Assembly: GCA_020850025.1 (NCBI GenBank)
Contig: JADZFI010000045.1
Coordinates: forward strand, 1-29,252
Length of the DNA stretch: 29,252 bases
Reading direction: 5' to 3'
From: Saprospiraceae bacterium
GTDB taxonomy: Bacteria > Bacteroidota > Bacteroidia > Chitinophagales > Saprospiraceae
Position 1 is the first letter of the stretch; every line of letters starts with the position of its first letter. The position numbers and the translations under genes were made by a program. This document shows positions 17,749-26,050 of this stretch, one piece after another. A model generated the notes under the pieces. That model was not told the DNA's origin. It saw nothing but the letters and a program-made list of their open reading frames with translations, and ran no database searches.

Positions 17749-20214
17749 ATGAAATCAAATTACTTTCTGCCACTGGTGGTGGTAGTGCTCACCTCTTTGG
17801 GGGTTTCGGCACAAAAAATTGCCGGAACCGTGCTGGAAGCCAGTGGCCAGCCTGCCGGATATGCTACTGTGACCCTCCATCAGGTAACTGATTCCGTGCT
17901 GGTTAAAGGCGCCATCACCGGCGACGACGGGTCTTTTGAAATTCAGGGCGCTGCCGTCGGAAGATACTTTCTAAAAGCCAACCTTATGGGCGCCGGCGGT
18001 GAATCTACACCTGCTTTTGACTATGATGGCGGAAATAAGACCATAGAAGCCATTTCTCTCCGGTCTGATGAAAATAAATTGGCTGAAGTTACGGTCGTTG
18101 CCCGCAAACCTCCGGTAGAAGTAAAAGCCGACAAAACCATTCTCAATGTAGAAGGTACGGTCAATTCCACTGGTTTGAATGCCCTGGAATTGCTCCGTAA
18201 AGCGCCGGGCGTTACCGTTGATAACAATGAAAATGTAAGTGTCCGTGGTAAAAATGCCGTGAAAATCATGATCGACGGCCGGGATGTGCCGCTCGACGGT
18301 AAAGAGCTGGCGGCATTGCTGAAAGGCACTCAGGCTTCAGATATTGCCAATATCGAGATCATTTCCAACCCCTCTGCCAAATATGATGCAGCCGGTAATG
18401 CCGGGATCATCAATATCCGGATGAAGAAAAACAAGGCTTTCGGCACCAATGGCAACTTCGGGCTGGAAGGTATCTATGGCGAAACTTTTAAAGCCGGCGG
18501 CAACGTCAGCCTGAACCACCGGGCAAAGAAATTCAATGCCTTCGGGAGTTTTAATGCACACCATGGCGACTGGCACAACACCCAATACTTCCATCGGGAA
18601 CAATATCTGGATGACTTGCGGTCCGATGGACAGCAGGGAGAGGACTGGCGGGTATTTGAACAGAGCAACAAAGAATACAGCGAAAACAGATACCGGGGGT
18701 ATCGCGCCGGTGTAGACTGGTTCCTTAACAGCAAACACACGGCGGGGGTACTGGTAAACGGCAGCATGAACCCGGGAGGCTGGCACTCCAGCAGCATAAC
18801 AAAGATAAGCGATCTGCACAGCATTAACAGGATAGATTCATTGCTGGTGGCCACCAACGACATGGAAAACGACCGGAATGACCTGAACATTAACCTGAAC
18901 TATCGCTTTGCCGATACTGCCGGCCATACCCTGAATATTGACCTGGATAAGGGCTCTTATCGCATTCGCGGCGCCAGTTTCCAGCCCAACTATTACCGCT
19001 CTGCCGACAACTCCGAAATCCTGCGCGAGGCCATTTACCGAAATAGCACACCCACCGACATCAACATCATGACAGCGCGGGTGGATTACGAGCAGAAACT
19101 TTGGAAGGGTACGCTGGGCCTGGGTGGCAAGATTTCGGATGTGGAAACCTTCAACACCTTTGATTTTTTCAATGTGCAAAACGGCATTCCGGTGAAAAAC
19201 GAAACCCAGAGCAACTCTGTGGATTACAAAGAACGAACCAATGCGGCTTATATCAACTATAACCGGGCATTTGGTAAAAAATGGAACATTCAGGCCGGAT
19301 TGCGACTGGAAAACACAGATTACAAGGGTATAGGGAAGGATTCTGTGTTCACCAACAACTACACGGAGTTGTTCCCGAGTGCAGCTGTAACCTATTCCAT
19401 CAACAAAAAACTGGGTTTGAATGCTACCTACAGCCGTCGTATTGACCGGCCGAGTTACCAGGATTTGAATCCGTTTGAAAACAAGTTGGATGAACTGACC
19501 TACCAAAAAGGCAATCCCATGTTGTTGCCGCAGTTCACCAACTCTATCGAACTCAGCCCTACGTTTAACGGATTCCCGGTGCTTACCATCGGGTATAGCC
19601 ATACCAACGATGTATTCACCCAAATCCTGAAACGAGATGTTCGCGACACCCGGGCCACCTTCATGACACAGGAGAATCTGGCAGACCAGAGAAACTGGAC
19701 CATCAGCCTGAACGCCCCAACCCCAATAGCCAAATGGTGGGATGGCTTTGTGAGCATCACCGCATTCCGCAGCCATTTCCGGGCCGATTTCAGCACGCCG
19801 GAAACCCCGGATTTTGTGGTGGATCAGGCGTATAATGCCTTCAATGCCTTCGCGGAACAAAACATAAAGCTGCCCAAAGGCTTTGGCCTGCAAATTTCAG
19901 GCTGGTACAACAGCCGCGCTTTCTGGGGCACGCTGCGCAGCAAACCACAAGGCGCTATGGACATCGGCTTGCGCAAGAAAGTGCTGCACGACAAAGGCGA
20001 ACTGCGCTTGCGCGTAGGCGATGTGCTCGGAACAGCAGGCTGGGGAGGCGAAAACCTGTTCAGTCCCGGACTCAAAATGCTGGCCAACGGCACATGGGAA
20101 AGTCAAACGGTAACCCTCAATTTCTCCTACCGTTTCGGCTCCACCGAGGTAAAAGACGCCCGCCAGCGCAAAACAGGCCTCGAAGACGAGAAGAACAGAG
20201 TGAAAGGAAAGTAA
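17749..20214 (+). CDS. TonB-dependent receptor (outer-membrane beta-barrel family) with N-terminal carboxypeptidase-regulatory-like domain
   Basis: Signal peptide; LAEVTVVARKPPVEVKADK, LELLRKAPGVTVD, IMIDGR, IEIISNPSAKYDAAG..GIINI, QAGLRLENT, YSRRIDRPSYQDLNPF, GNP.L.PQFT, TLNFSYRFG. Confidence 0.9.
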   Translation: MKSNYFLPLVVVVLTSLGVSAQKIAGTVLEASGQPAGYATVTLHQVTDSVLVKGAITGDDGSFEIQGAAVGRYFLKANLMGAGGESTPAFDYDGGNKTIEAISLRSDENKLAEVTVVARKPPVEVKADKTILNVEGTVNSTGLNALELLRKAPGVTVDNNENVSVRGKNAVKIMIDGRDVPLDGKELAALLKGTQASDIANIEIISNPSAKYDAAGNAGIINIRMKKNKAFGTNGNFGLEGIYGETFKAGGNVSLNHRAKKFNAFGSFNAHHGDWHNTQYFHREQYLDDLRSDGQQGEDWRVFEQSNKEYSENRYRGYRAGVDWFLNSKHTAGVLVNGSMNPGGWHSSSITKISDLHSINRIDSLLVATNDMENDRNDLNINLNYRFADTAGHTLNIDLDKGSYRIRGASFQPNYYRSADNSEILREAIYRNSTPTDINIMTARVDYEQKLWKGTLGLGGKISDVETFNTFDFFNVQNGIPVKNETQSNSVDYKERTNAAYINYNRAFGKKWNIQAGLRLENTDYKGIGKDSVFTNNYTELFPSAAVTYSINKKLGLNATYSRRIDRPSYQDLNPFENKLDELTYQKGNPMLLPQFTNSIELSPTFNGFPVLTIGYSHTNDVFTQILKRDVRDTRATFMTQENLADQRNWTISLNAPTPIAKWWDGFVSITAFRSHFRADFSTPETPDFVVDQAYNAFNAFAEQNIKLPKGFGLQISGWYNSRAFWGTLRSKPQGAMDIGLRKKVLHDKGELRLRVGDVLGTAGWGGENLFSPGLKMLANGTWESQTVTLNFSYRFGSTEVKDARQRKTGLEDEKNRVKGK

Positions 20215-20356
20215 GTGTTTGAGTTTACGAGTGTTCGAGTGTTCGGGTTGGCGCTCGGCTTGGTAGTTCAAGGAGTCTTTGCAAAAAGGCGTCAGCCTTA
20301 GAAAATACCAGGCCGAACGCCAACTCAAACACTCGAACACCCAAATACTCGAACAC
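20215..20356. repeat. Inverted-arm octamer array element (GTGTTYGR family) directly after the receptor stop codon
   Basis: GTGTTTGA GTTTACGA GTGTTCGA GTGTTCGG + inner arm GTTGGCGCTCGGCTTGGTA (20247-20265); 40-nt loop; inner arm TACCAGGCCGAACGCCAAC (20306-20324; 17/19 Watson-Crick complementary) + TCAAACAC TCGAACAC CCAAATAC TCGAACAC. Confidence 0.92.
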
Positions 20357-20399
20357 TTTTCAAGATAATGAAAGTTTGATTTGGTTTATCGGAGAAAGT

Positions 20400-20433
20400 A
20401 ACCCCGCCGTCGGAAAGATGCGCGGGGTTTTTT
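20400..20433 (+). terminator. Intrinsic terminator between convergent genes
   Basis: AACCCCGC (20400-20407) / GCGGGGTT (20422-20429) followed by further T residues. Confidence 0.7.
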
Positions 20434-20485
20434 ATTGATGTTATTATACCATACCGTATCGGGAAAATCGCCTTTGCAATAGTCT

Positions 20486-22978
20486 TTACCCAGAAGTCAC
20501 CACCCATTTTACCAGCCAGCGATTCCCATTGGTGCTGGTACATTCCATCCAATACACGCCGGGTGGCCAAATTGCTTTCAGGGTTATTTCCGGTGTGCCG
20601 GGGTTTGTATTTTCATACATCAGGGCGCCTGTTGATGAAAATACCCGGATGTTGGCCGGTTGTGCACCGGTGAGTCTGAGATAAGCGGTTTCGCCCGATA
20701 CTACCGGATTAGGCCAGTATTGGAAGGTCTCTTCCGACTGAATATCTATGGCGTCAACAGTTACACCAATGGTATATTGCAATACGGCATAACAACCCGC
20801 CTGATCAGTGATGGTAGTGGAGTATGATCCGGGGAGCAGGTTAAAAAGCGAATTGGGCAGTGGCGGATTAACGCCTCCCGTGATGCTGTCGAACACGATG
20901 CTCCCATCTGCGCAGGTGGGACAGGAAGCATTTTGAATGGCGTAATGCCACTGAAAAGGTTCAGGCGAGGTGATGGTGGCGGAGGTAGTGGCGGTGCAAC
21001 CGTATGCATCAGTAACCGTCAGATAATAGTTGCCTGCCTGAAGGTTATAGGGGAACCAGGGGCTTGGGCCGGAACCCTGATAAAAATACGGGGAGGTGCC
21101 GCCGGAGGCATTGCCTTCTATCCAACCGTCGAAGCCGCCATAGCAGGAAACGTGGTGTACGATGGGATCCATTACGATGGGGTCAGGTTCAACGATCACT
21201 ACGGTATCTGTAACCTCCACATTATTCGAACTGGTGGCAAAGAGCACATAAGTGCCTGCAGCGAGTTGGGAGAGCGATGTGCCGGTTGTATCCCCATTGT
21301 CCCAATATACTGCATAGGGTGGGCACAGATCCGGAGCCAGATGTATGGAGCCGGAGTTAGAGCCCGGACAGGGAGAGGTTTCGCTTTGGTTGGCATTCAG
21401 CGAAAGCAAATGTTCGAAAGGGCCAATGTCTGCGATACCGTTTGCTATACGGGGGCGACCATCGGAGTCAAACATGAGGTTCAAACTGTCGGGAACCGCA
21501 TTATTGCCGGCATTGATAAGTGGCGAGCAAGCTGATACATGAAAATCGGCCTGAAGCGTATCTGCAAACAGGGGGTCTACCTCAAACAGATTTCCCTCGT
21601 GACAATAAACATTCTGAGCTGCCCCATCAAATTTGTGACATTCGGAATGATTGAACAAGGAATGGTAGAGGTGATACTCGGCTCCTCCTGAAAAAAATAC
21701 GCCACTTTGAGAAGTTTGTGGCCGCTCAATCAGAATGGAATTGACAAGAAAGACGTCTATTGTAGGTGTTGCACTGATTTCCCAACCGAAGTTTTTATAG
21801 AACAAACAATGGTTAAAATACGCATCATTCTCAGGTGCATCAGTTTTGAGGCTCATAGTGGGGGTGTTAGAAGGGTTTTGGCCGGCATTTTCATTAAAAA
21901 TACAGTGATTGAATTGCACGTTCAATGGCGTTTCATTAAACACATGCATAAAGACTGTGGGCTGCCCGTTTTGCTCAAATTCACAGAATTCAAATAAAAA
22001 AAACGGCTCCTCCAGAATGGCGCCAAAGCCCTGGTATAAATACCAAATCGTAAAATCGCTGTTACCTTTGAATACGCATTTGGAAAACCGAACAGAATAC
22101 GGACTGTCCATTTTTTCAATCCCGACGGTTGCCCCCCGGAGGTTGCGGTTATCAAAGAATTGACAATTGTCAAAAGCGACGTCCTGATGGACTCTGAGCC
22201 ATACAGCTATTCCGGAGGCCGGAGCAAAATTCTCCCGGAAAACGCAGTTTTTGACCTCCAGATCAAAAGGCTGTTCGAAGTAATTTTCCATGCAGAATCC
22301 ACCTCCATAGGTTTTGGAAATATTTTGTTCAAAAACACAATCATTCAGGCGCACAATAGCCATTCCGCCTTCGCGTCCATTGGCGAACAAACCGCCGCCC
22401 TGATAGGCTGCCCGGTTTCGCCTGAAAACACAATGCTCTATACTCAACTCTGCATAGCCAAAATGCTCTCCATCCACATACACCCCGCCTCCGGATCGGG
22501 TAGGGCGGTGTGCATCGGCGGCTGGATCTGGATCGTTAGCGTTGCCTTCCTCAAAAATGAGTCCGTCCAGCCGTGTTTTGTCGTTCGGACTATAGGTGTA
22601 CAGGATGGTGAAGGAATTGTCGGTGGTGTCGTTTGGCGTCCCGATATCGCCGCTCAGGATGGTGGGATTTTCAGTCCAGTTGCGCTGTTCCAGGGCGGTT
22701 TCCGTACCGTTGAAGCCGCCGTATACGGCTACACCGCTGGGCAAATCGAAATAGGCAAAGCGGTCGTTGTTGGTGGTGGGTTTGTAGGCGCCTTCGGCCA
22801 CCCAGATCTGGTCGCCATTTTTCGCGACGGTAAGCGCTTGTTGTAAACGGATAAACGCATTGTTCCAGGAGCTGCCGGTACCGGCGCCGGTGGCGTTTTG
22901 GTTAACGTAATAAATGGTTTGAGCGGAAAGCAGTTGCCCAACACAGCAGGCAATACAAATGAGCAGGGATTTTTTCAT
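20486..22978 (-). CDS. T9SS-secreted surface protein: right-handed beta-helix domain, SprB-like repeats and CTD (adhesin-like)
   Basis: Likely start MKKSLL at 22978 with a signal peptide (track start 23020). N-terminal YVNQNATGAGTGSSWNNAF...IWVAEGAY...LYGGF-type motif; GGG and xxCxFxxN beta-helix repeats; SprB-like VSCYGGFDG...GGTSPY...LQAGNYYLTVTDAYGC; CTD WPNP...PGVYWM. Confidence 0.8.
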   Translation of the reverse strand: MKKSLLICIACCVGQLLSAQTIYYVNQNATGAGTGSSWNNAFIRLQQALTVAKNGDQIWVAEGAYKPTTNNDRFAYFDLPSGVAVYGGFNGTETALEQRNWTENPTILSGDIGTPNDTTDNSFTILYTYSPNDKTRLDGLIFEEGNANDPDPAADAHRPTRSGGGVYVDGEHFGYAELSIEHCVFRRNRAAYQGGGLFANGREGGMAIVRLNDCVFEQNISKTYGGGFCMENYFEQPFDLEVKNCVFRENFAPASGIAVWLRVHQDVAFDNCQFFDNRNLRGATVGIEKMDSPYSVRFSKCVFKGNSDFTIWYLYQGFGAILEEPFFLFEFCEFEQNGQPTVFMHVFNETPLNVQFNHCIFNENAGQNPSNTPTMSLKTDAPENDAYFNHCLFYKNFGWEISATPTIDVFLVNSILIERPQTSQSGVFFSGGAEYHLYHSLFNHSECHKFDGAAQNVYCHEGNLFEVDPLFADTLQADFHVSACSPLINAGNNAVPDSLNLMFDSDGRPRIANGIADIGPFEHLLSLNANQSETSPCPGSNSGSIHLAPDLCPPYAVYWDNGDTTGTSLSQLAAGTYVLFATSSNNVEVTDTVVIVEPDPIVMDPIVHHVSCYGGFDGWIEGNASGGTSPYFYQGSGPSPWFPYNLQAGNYYLTVTDAYGCTATTSATITSPEPFQWHYAIQNASCPTCADGSIVFDSITGGVNPPLPNSLFNLLPGSYSTTITDQAGCYAVLQYTIGVTVDAIDIQSEETFQYWPNPVVSGETAYLRLTGAQPANIRVFSSTGALMYENTNPGTPEITLKAIWPPGVYWMECTSTNGNRWLVKWVVTSG

Positions 22979-23004
22979 CGGTCGGCGGATTTTAAAGGCC
23001 CGAT

Positions 23005-23037
23005 CAAAATTAGGCCACACTACTCTCCTTCCCCGAA
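23005..23037 (-). promoter_or_regulatory. Candidate Bacteroidota sigma-70 promoter for the beta-helix gene
   Basis: Minus-strand TAATTTTG at 23012-23005 matches the TAnnTTTG -7 box, 26 nt before the ATG at 22978. The -33 box is only a partial match (TTCG, 21-nt spacer). Confidence 0.45.
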
Positions 23038-23064
23038 AAAAATGAGCTTATGTCGGATTTGCGG

Positions 23065-23172
23065 CTTACGGTAGACGGTGTATCCCGGAACTCCGTTCCG
23101 GGCAAACTAGCAGGGTCCGTCCACTGTAAGCCGTCCACCGTAAGCCGTCCACCGTCTACCGTTCATCGTTCA
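23065..23172. repeat. Inverted-arm NNNACGG heptamer element overlapping the 3' end of the adenylate cyclase gene
   Basis: Plus-strand arm CTTACGG TAGACGG (23065-23078); core with hairpin CCCGGAAC-TCC-GTTCCGGG; eight complementary units 23117-23172 that read TGAACGA TGAACGG TAGACGG TGGACGG CTTACGG TGGACGG CTTACAG TGGACGG on the minus strand. Confidence 0.9.
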
Positions 23173-25543
23173 CAATGAAATACATATCCACCTGTCCTTT
23201 GTTGTGTACGTCTTTTTGGCCGCGGTGTTCTGCTTTGTACAGGTGTTTGACAGCTTCTGCGGTGGCGTTGGAAATATTTACCCGCCCGGGTTCGCCGTGT
23301 TCTTCGAGGCGGGCTGCCAGGGTAACGGCATCTCCCCAGATATCGTAGGCGAACTTGTTTTTGCCAATTACACCAGCCATTACAGGGCCGGTGTGTATGC
23401 CGATGCGCATTTCGGTCAGGAAGGAGTCCGGGTTGGCCTCGCGACGATTTTTCAGCCATTCCGACATTTCAAGGGCGGCGCGTACGGCATCTGCGGCGTG
23501 GGTATCGTTGGGGATGGGCAGCCCTCCGGCACACATATAGGCGTCGCCGATGGTTTTGATCTTTTCCAGCCCATGGCGTTCGCATATTTCATCGAAAGCC
23601 AGGAAACATTCGTTGAGCTCGTCAATCAATTGTTCTGGAGTTAGTCGGGCAGATAAACTTGTGAAATTGACAAAATCACTGAACAGTACGGTGGCAGCAG
23701 GGTAAAAGCGCGGGGTGGCTTGTCCGCTGGTTTTAAGCTCGGCGGCAACCTCTTCCGGCAGGATATTGCGCAACAGGCTGTCGCTTTTCCGTTTTTCCTC
23801 TTCGATTTGGCGTTTTTGGGCCTGAATTTGCCGATTCTGACTTTCCACGCGGCGTTTGGCTCTGCGGGTAAACCACCAGGAAATACCTACCACTATAAGG
23901 AATAGTAACAGGGCTAATCCAAGAATATAGGCAAAGCGGCGGAAGCTGGCTTCCTGCTCGGTTTGGTAGGCTTGTTCCCTTTGGATGCGTTCCAGTTCCT
24001 GGGAGCGTCGTGTACTGTCGGCCTGGTTTTGGGCTCGTTCAATTTGTTCTTTTTCCCGCAGTTCAAGAATTACCCGGCTTTGTTTTTCGGCATTCAACTG
24101 CTCAGCTGCCAGTCGTAGCTGGGCTCGTGCCTGTAGCGCCTGCAGGGTTTGCTCCCGCAGTTTGGCCTGGTCGGCATCTTTTTGCGCTTCAAGCAGCCGC
24201 ACTTCGTCCTCCTTGCGTCGCGCTTCGAGCTCCAGATTTTTGTTTTGAAGTTCAAGTCGTTCCCTTTCAAATTTGACCTGATTCAATTCAAGGTCTTTAA
24301 AGTTTTGCCGGGCAATTAAAAACTTGATTTGTCCTTCGGCCGCAGAAAGCAGGGCGCGCTGTTGCGTCAAGCGTTGCTCCCGGCTCATGTCTTCCTGGCG
24401 TATTTCGTCCAGGACATTCAAATACGCCTGATAATATTCAAACGCTTTTTCGAAGTCATAAAGGTCGTGGTACAAATCAGCGCCAGTGCGGTAAGCCTCT
24501 GCAAGCACTTGTTTCTGTTTGGTATCTTTGGCGTATTGAATGGCTAGCTGGTTGTGGGAGAGGGCATTGTATATGTCGTTACTACTAAAATACACTGAGG
24601 CAAGGAGGTGTTCCAGATTGGCCAGGGAGGTGTAGTCTTTTCTGGATGCCAGCAGTTTCTGGGCTTTGAGCAGGTATTCAATGCCGCGTTTTGTTTCGCC
24701 GGTATTGTGAAGGGCTATGCCCATATTGGCCCATAAAACTTCCGGATAATCACAGGGGATATAGCTGCATTGCATCTCGGATTTCCGGAAATATTCCAGC
24801 GCCTTTGGGTAGTCTTTTAAACTGGCATATTGTCGGCCGAGGTTGTTGTAAAGAACTGACTGCTCCTGGGTGGTGCCGGAGGTTTCAATAATATCCTGGA
24901 GCAACAAATAGTAGTACAGACTTTTGCCGGCATCCCCGGCGATATCGTACGCTCTGGCGCGTTTCTGGTAGATTTGAACCAAACGCGGATTGTTTCTCTG
25001 CTCTTTGAATTTGGAGATCAGCCCCTTGTAAAGGATTTCCGCACTGTCGAAGCGCATGTCGTACAAACAGGCATCTGCAGCTTTTTCCCTTGTCTCGTCA
25101 TCTTCAGGCTTTAAGGCCAGCACATCCCGGTAATATCTGTGGGCTGCGGTGTACAATTTTTCCCCGAAGAACAGGTCGCCAATAGCGGTTTTGACGGTCA
25201 ATTGCATGGCAGTATTGCCGGAATTTTCCAGTTTGGCTTCGGCCTCCAGATAGTATTGAAGCGCCTCCTGCGGCCTGCCGGTGCGGGCACACACTTCGCC
25301 AATCATGACAAATGCGCGCACAATACCGCCATCATATCGCAAACTACGGGCCATGGAGAGACTGCGCTGAGCCAGGCTTTCCCGTTGAGAATCGCTGTGG
25401 GTGCGACGAGCCTGCTCCAAAACCTCATCCACCTCTGCCGTAATACGCTCAATATCTTCCGGCGTTTGGGCAAAAGCGGTAAAGGGGATGCTCCATAAAA
25501 GGCAATATGCCAGAGCAATTCTCGCTATAAGGAGTGGATTCAC
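23156..25543 (-). CDS. Class III adenylate/guanylate cyclase with N-terminal extracytoplasmic TPR region, coiled coil and single TM helix
   Basis: Signal peptide; TPR-like helices (LYNNLGRQYASLKDYPKALEYF); TM FAYILGLALLLFLIVVGISWWF; SDSLLRNILP; LFSDFVNFT; LEKIKTIGDAYM; RIGIHTGPVMAGVIG.NKFAYDIWGDAVTLAARLE. Confidence 0.92.
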   Translation of the reverse strand: MNPLLIARIALAYCLLWSIPFTAFAQTPEDIERITAEVDEVLEQARRTHSDSQRESLAQRSLSMARSLRYDGGIVRAFVMIGEVCARTGRPQEALQYYLEAEAKLENSGNTAMQLTVKTAIGDLFFGEKLYTAAHRYYRDVLALKPEDDETREKAADACLYDMRFDSAEILYKGLISKFKEQRNNPRLVQIYQKRARAYDIAGDAGKSLYYYLLLQDIIETSGTTQEQSVLYNNLGRQYASLKDYPKALEYFRKSEMQCSYIPCDYPEVLWANMGIALHNTGETKRGIEYLLKAQKLLASRKDYTSLANLEHLLASVYFSSNDIYNALSHNQLAIQYAKDTKQKQVLAEAYRTGADLYHDLYDFEKAFEYYQAYLNVLDEIRQEDMSREQRLTQQRALLSAAEGQIKFLIARQNFKDLELNQVKFERERLELQNKNLELEARRKEDEVRLLEAQKDADQAKLREQTLQALQARAQLRLAAEQLNAEKQSRVILELREKEQIERAQNQADSTRRSQELERIQREQAYQTEQEASFRRFAYILGLALLLFLIVVGISWWFTRRAKRRVESQNRQIQAQKRQIEEEKRKSDSLLRNILPEEVAAELKTSGQATPRFYPAATVLFSDFVNFTSLSARLTPEQLIDELNECFLAFDEICERHGLEKIKTIGDAYMCAGGLPIPNDTHAADAVRAALEMSEWLKNRREANPDSFLTEMRIGIHTGPVMAGVIGKNKFAYDIWGDAVTLAARLEEHGEPGRVNISNATAEAVKHLYKAEHRGQKDVHNKGQVDMYFIVNDER

Positions 25544-25566
25544 AACGCGAAGAAAAGGAATTTTTA

Positions 25567-25594
25567 CTTACGACTTACGATGTACGACTTACGA
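25567..25594 (+). repeat. Left heptamer arm of the four-helix-bundle cassette
   Basis: CTTACGA CTTACGA TGTACGA CTTACGA. Confidence 0.9.
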
Positions 25595-25601
25595 TTGGGG
25601 T

Positions 25602-25633
25602 GTTGCTTATTCCAGGGTTTTGGAATAACTTTG
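25602..25633 (+). promoter_or_regulatory. Candidate Bacteroidota sigma-70 promoter inside the cassette
   Basis: GTTG (25602-25605), 20-nt spacer, TAACTTTG (25626-25633), matching TTTG-N19-21-TAnnTTTG; ATG 21 nt downstream. An overlapping inverted repeat TTATTCCA-N6-TGGAATAA lies at 25607-25628. Confidence 0.6.
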
Positions 25634-25654
25634 GAAAATATTCAATTTATCCAA

Positions 25655-26050
25655 ATGAAAGAAGATCAGTGGAATCACAGATCCAAGCATTTTGCCTTGG
25701 CGGTTATTGAATTGGTAAGGCAATTTCCCAAAGATCCAGCTTATTGGACCATAGGCAGACAACTAATAGATGCTGCAACTTCCGCTGCAGCTAACTACAG
25801 GGCAATTAAGAGAGCCAAGTCTACTAAAGACTTTATCAACAAGCTTAAAATTGTTGAAGAGGAACTAGACGAAAGTATGTTCTGGTTGGAACTTACTGTA
25901 GGGGTTTCCACAGAGTGGAGAACTTCAGTTGCCCCGATTTATAAAGAGGCCAATGAGCTCTTAAGCATCACCATAGCCTCCATTAAGACCTCCCGTAACA
26001 AACAGAATAATGTACCAGGTACATCGTACATCGTAAGTCGTCCGTCGTAA
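25655..26050 (+). CDS. Four-helix-bundle protein (TIGR02436 / 23S rRNA IVS-protein / bAvd-like family)
   Basis: Likely start MKEDQ at 25655; the track ATG at 25580 lies inside the repeat arm. Family motifs RSKHFALAVIELVRQFP, IGRQLIDAATSAAANYRA..RAKS.KDFINKLKIVEEELDESMFWLEL, EANELLSI.IASIKT. Confidence 0.9.
   Translation: MKEDQWNHRSKHFALAVIELVRQFPKDPAYWTIGRQLIDAATSAAANYRAIKRAKSTKDFINKLKIVEEELDESMFWLELTVGVSTEWRTSVAPIYKEANELLSITIASIKTSRNKQNNVPGTSYIVSRPS

Noticed and set aside
2192-19893. Other long antisense or alternate-frame ORFs (2192-3142, 3433-4062, 5458-6072, 8028-8936, 18838-19893 and similar)
   Set aside because: All overlap motif-rich genes on the other strand and read as non-protein-like.
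25580-25654. N-terminal extension of the four-helix ORF from ATG 25580
   Set aside because: That ATG lies inside the repeat arm and upstream of the predicted promoter; family similarity begins only after 25655.
25655-26050. Four-helix gene as a 23S rRNA intervening sequence or part of a DGR
   Set aside because: Flanks are protein-coding genes, not rRNA; no reverse transcriptase or template/variable repeat pair is visible in the window.
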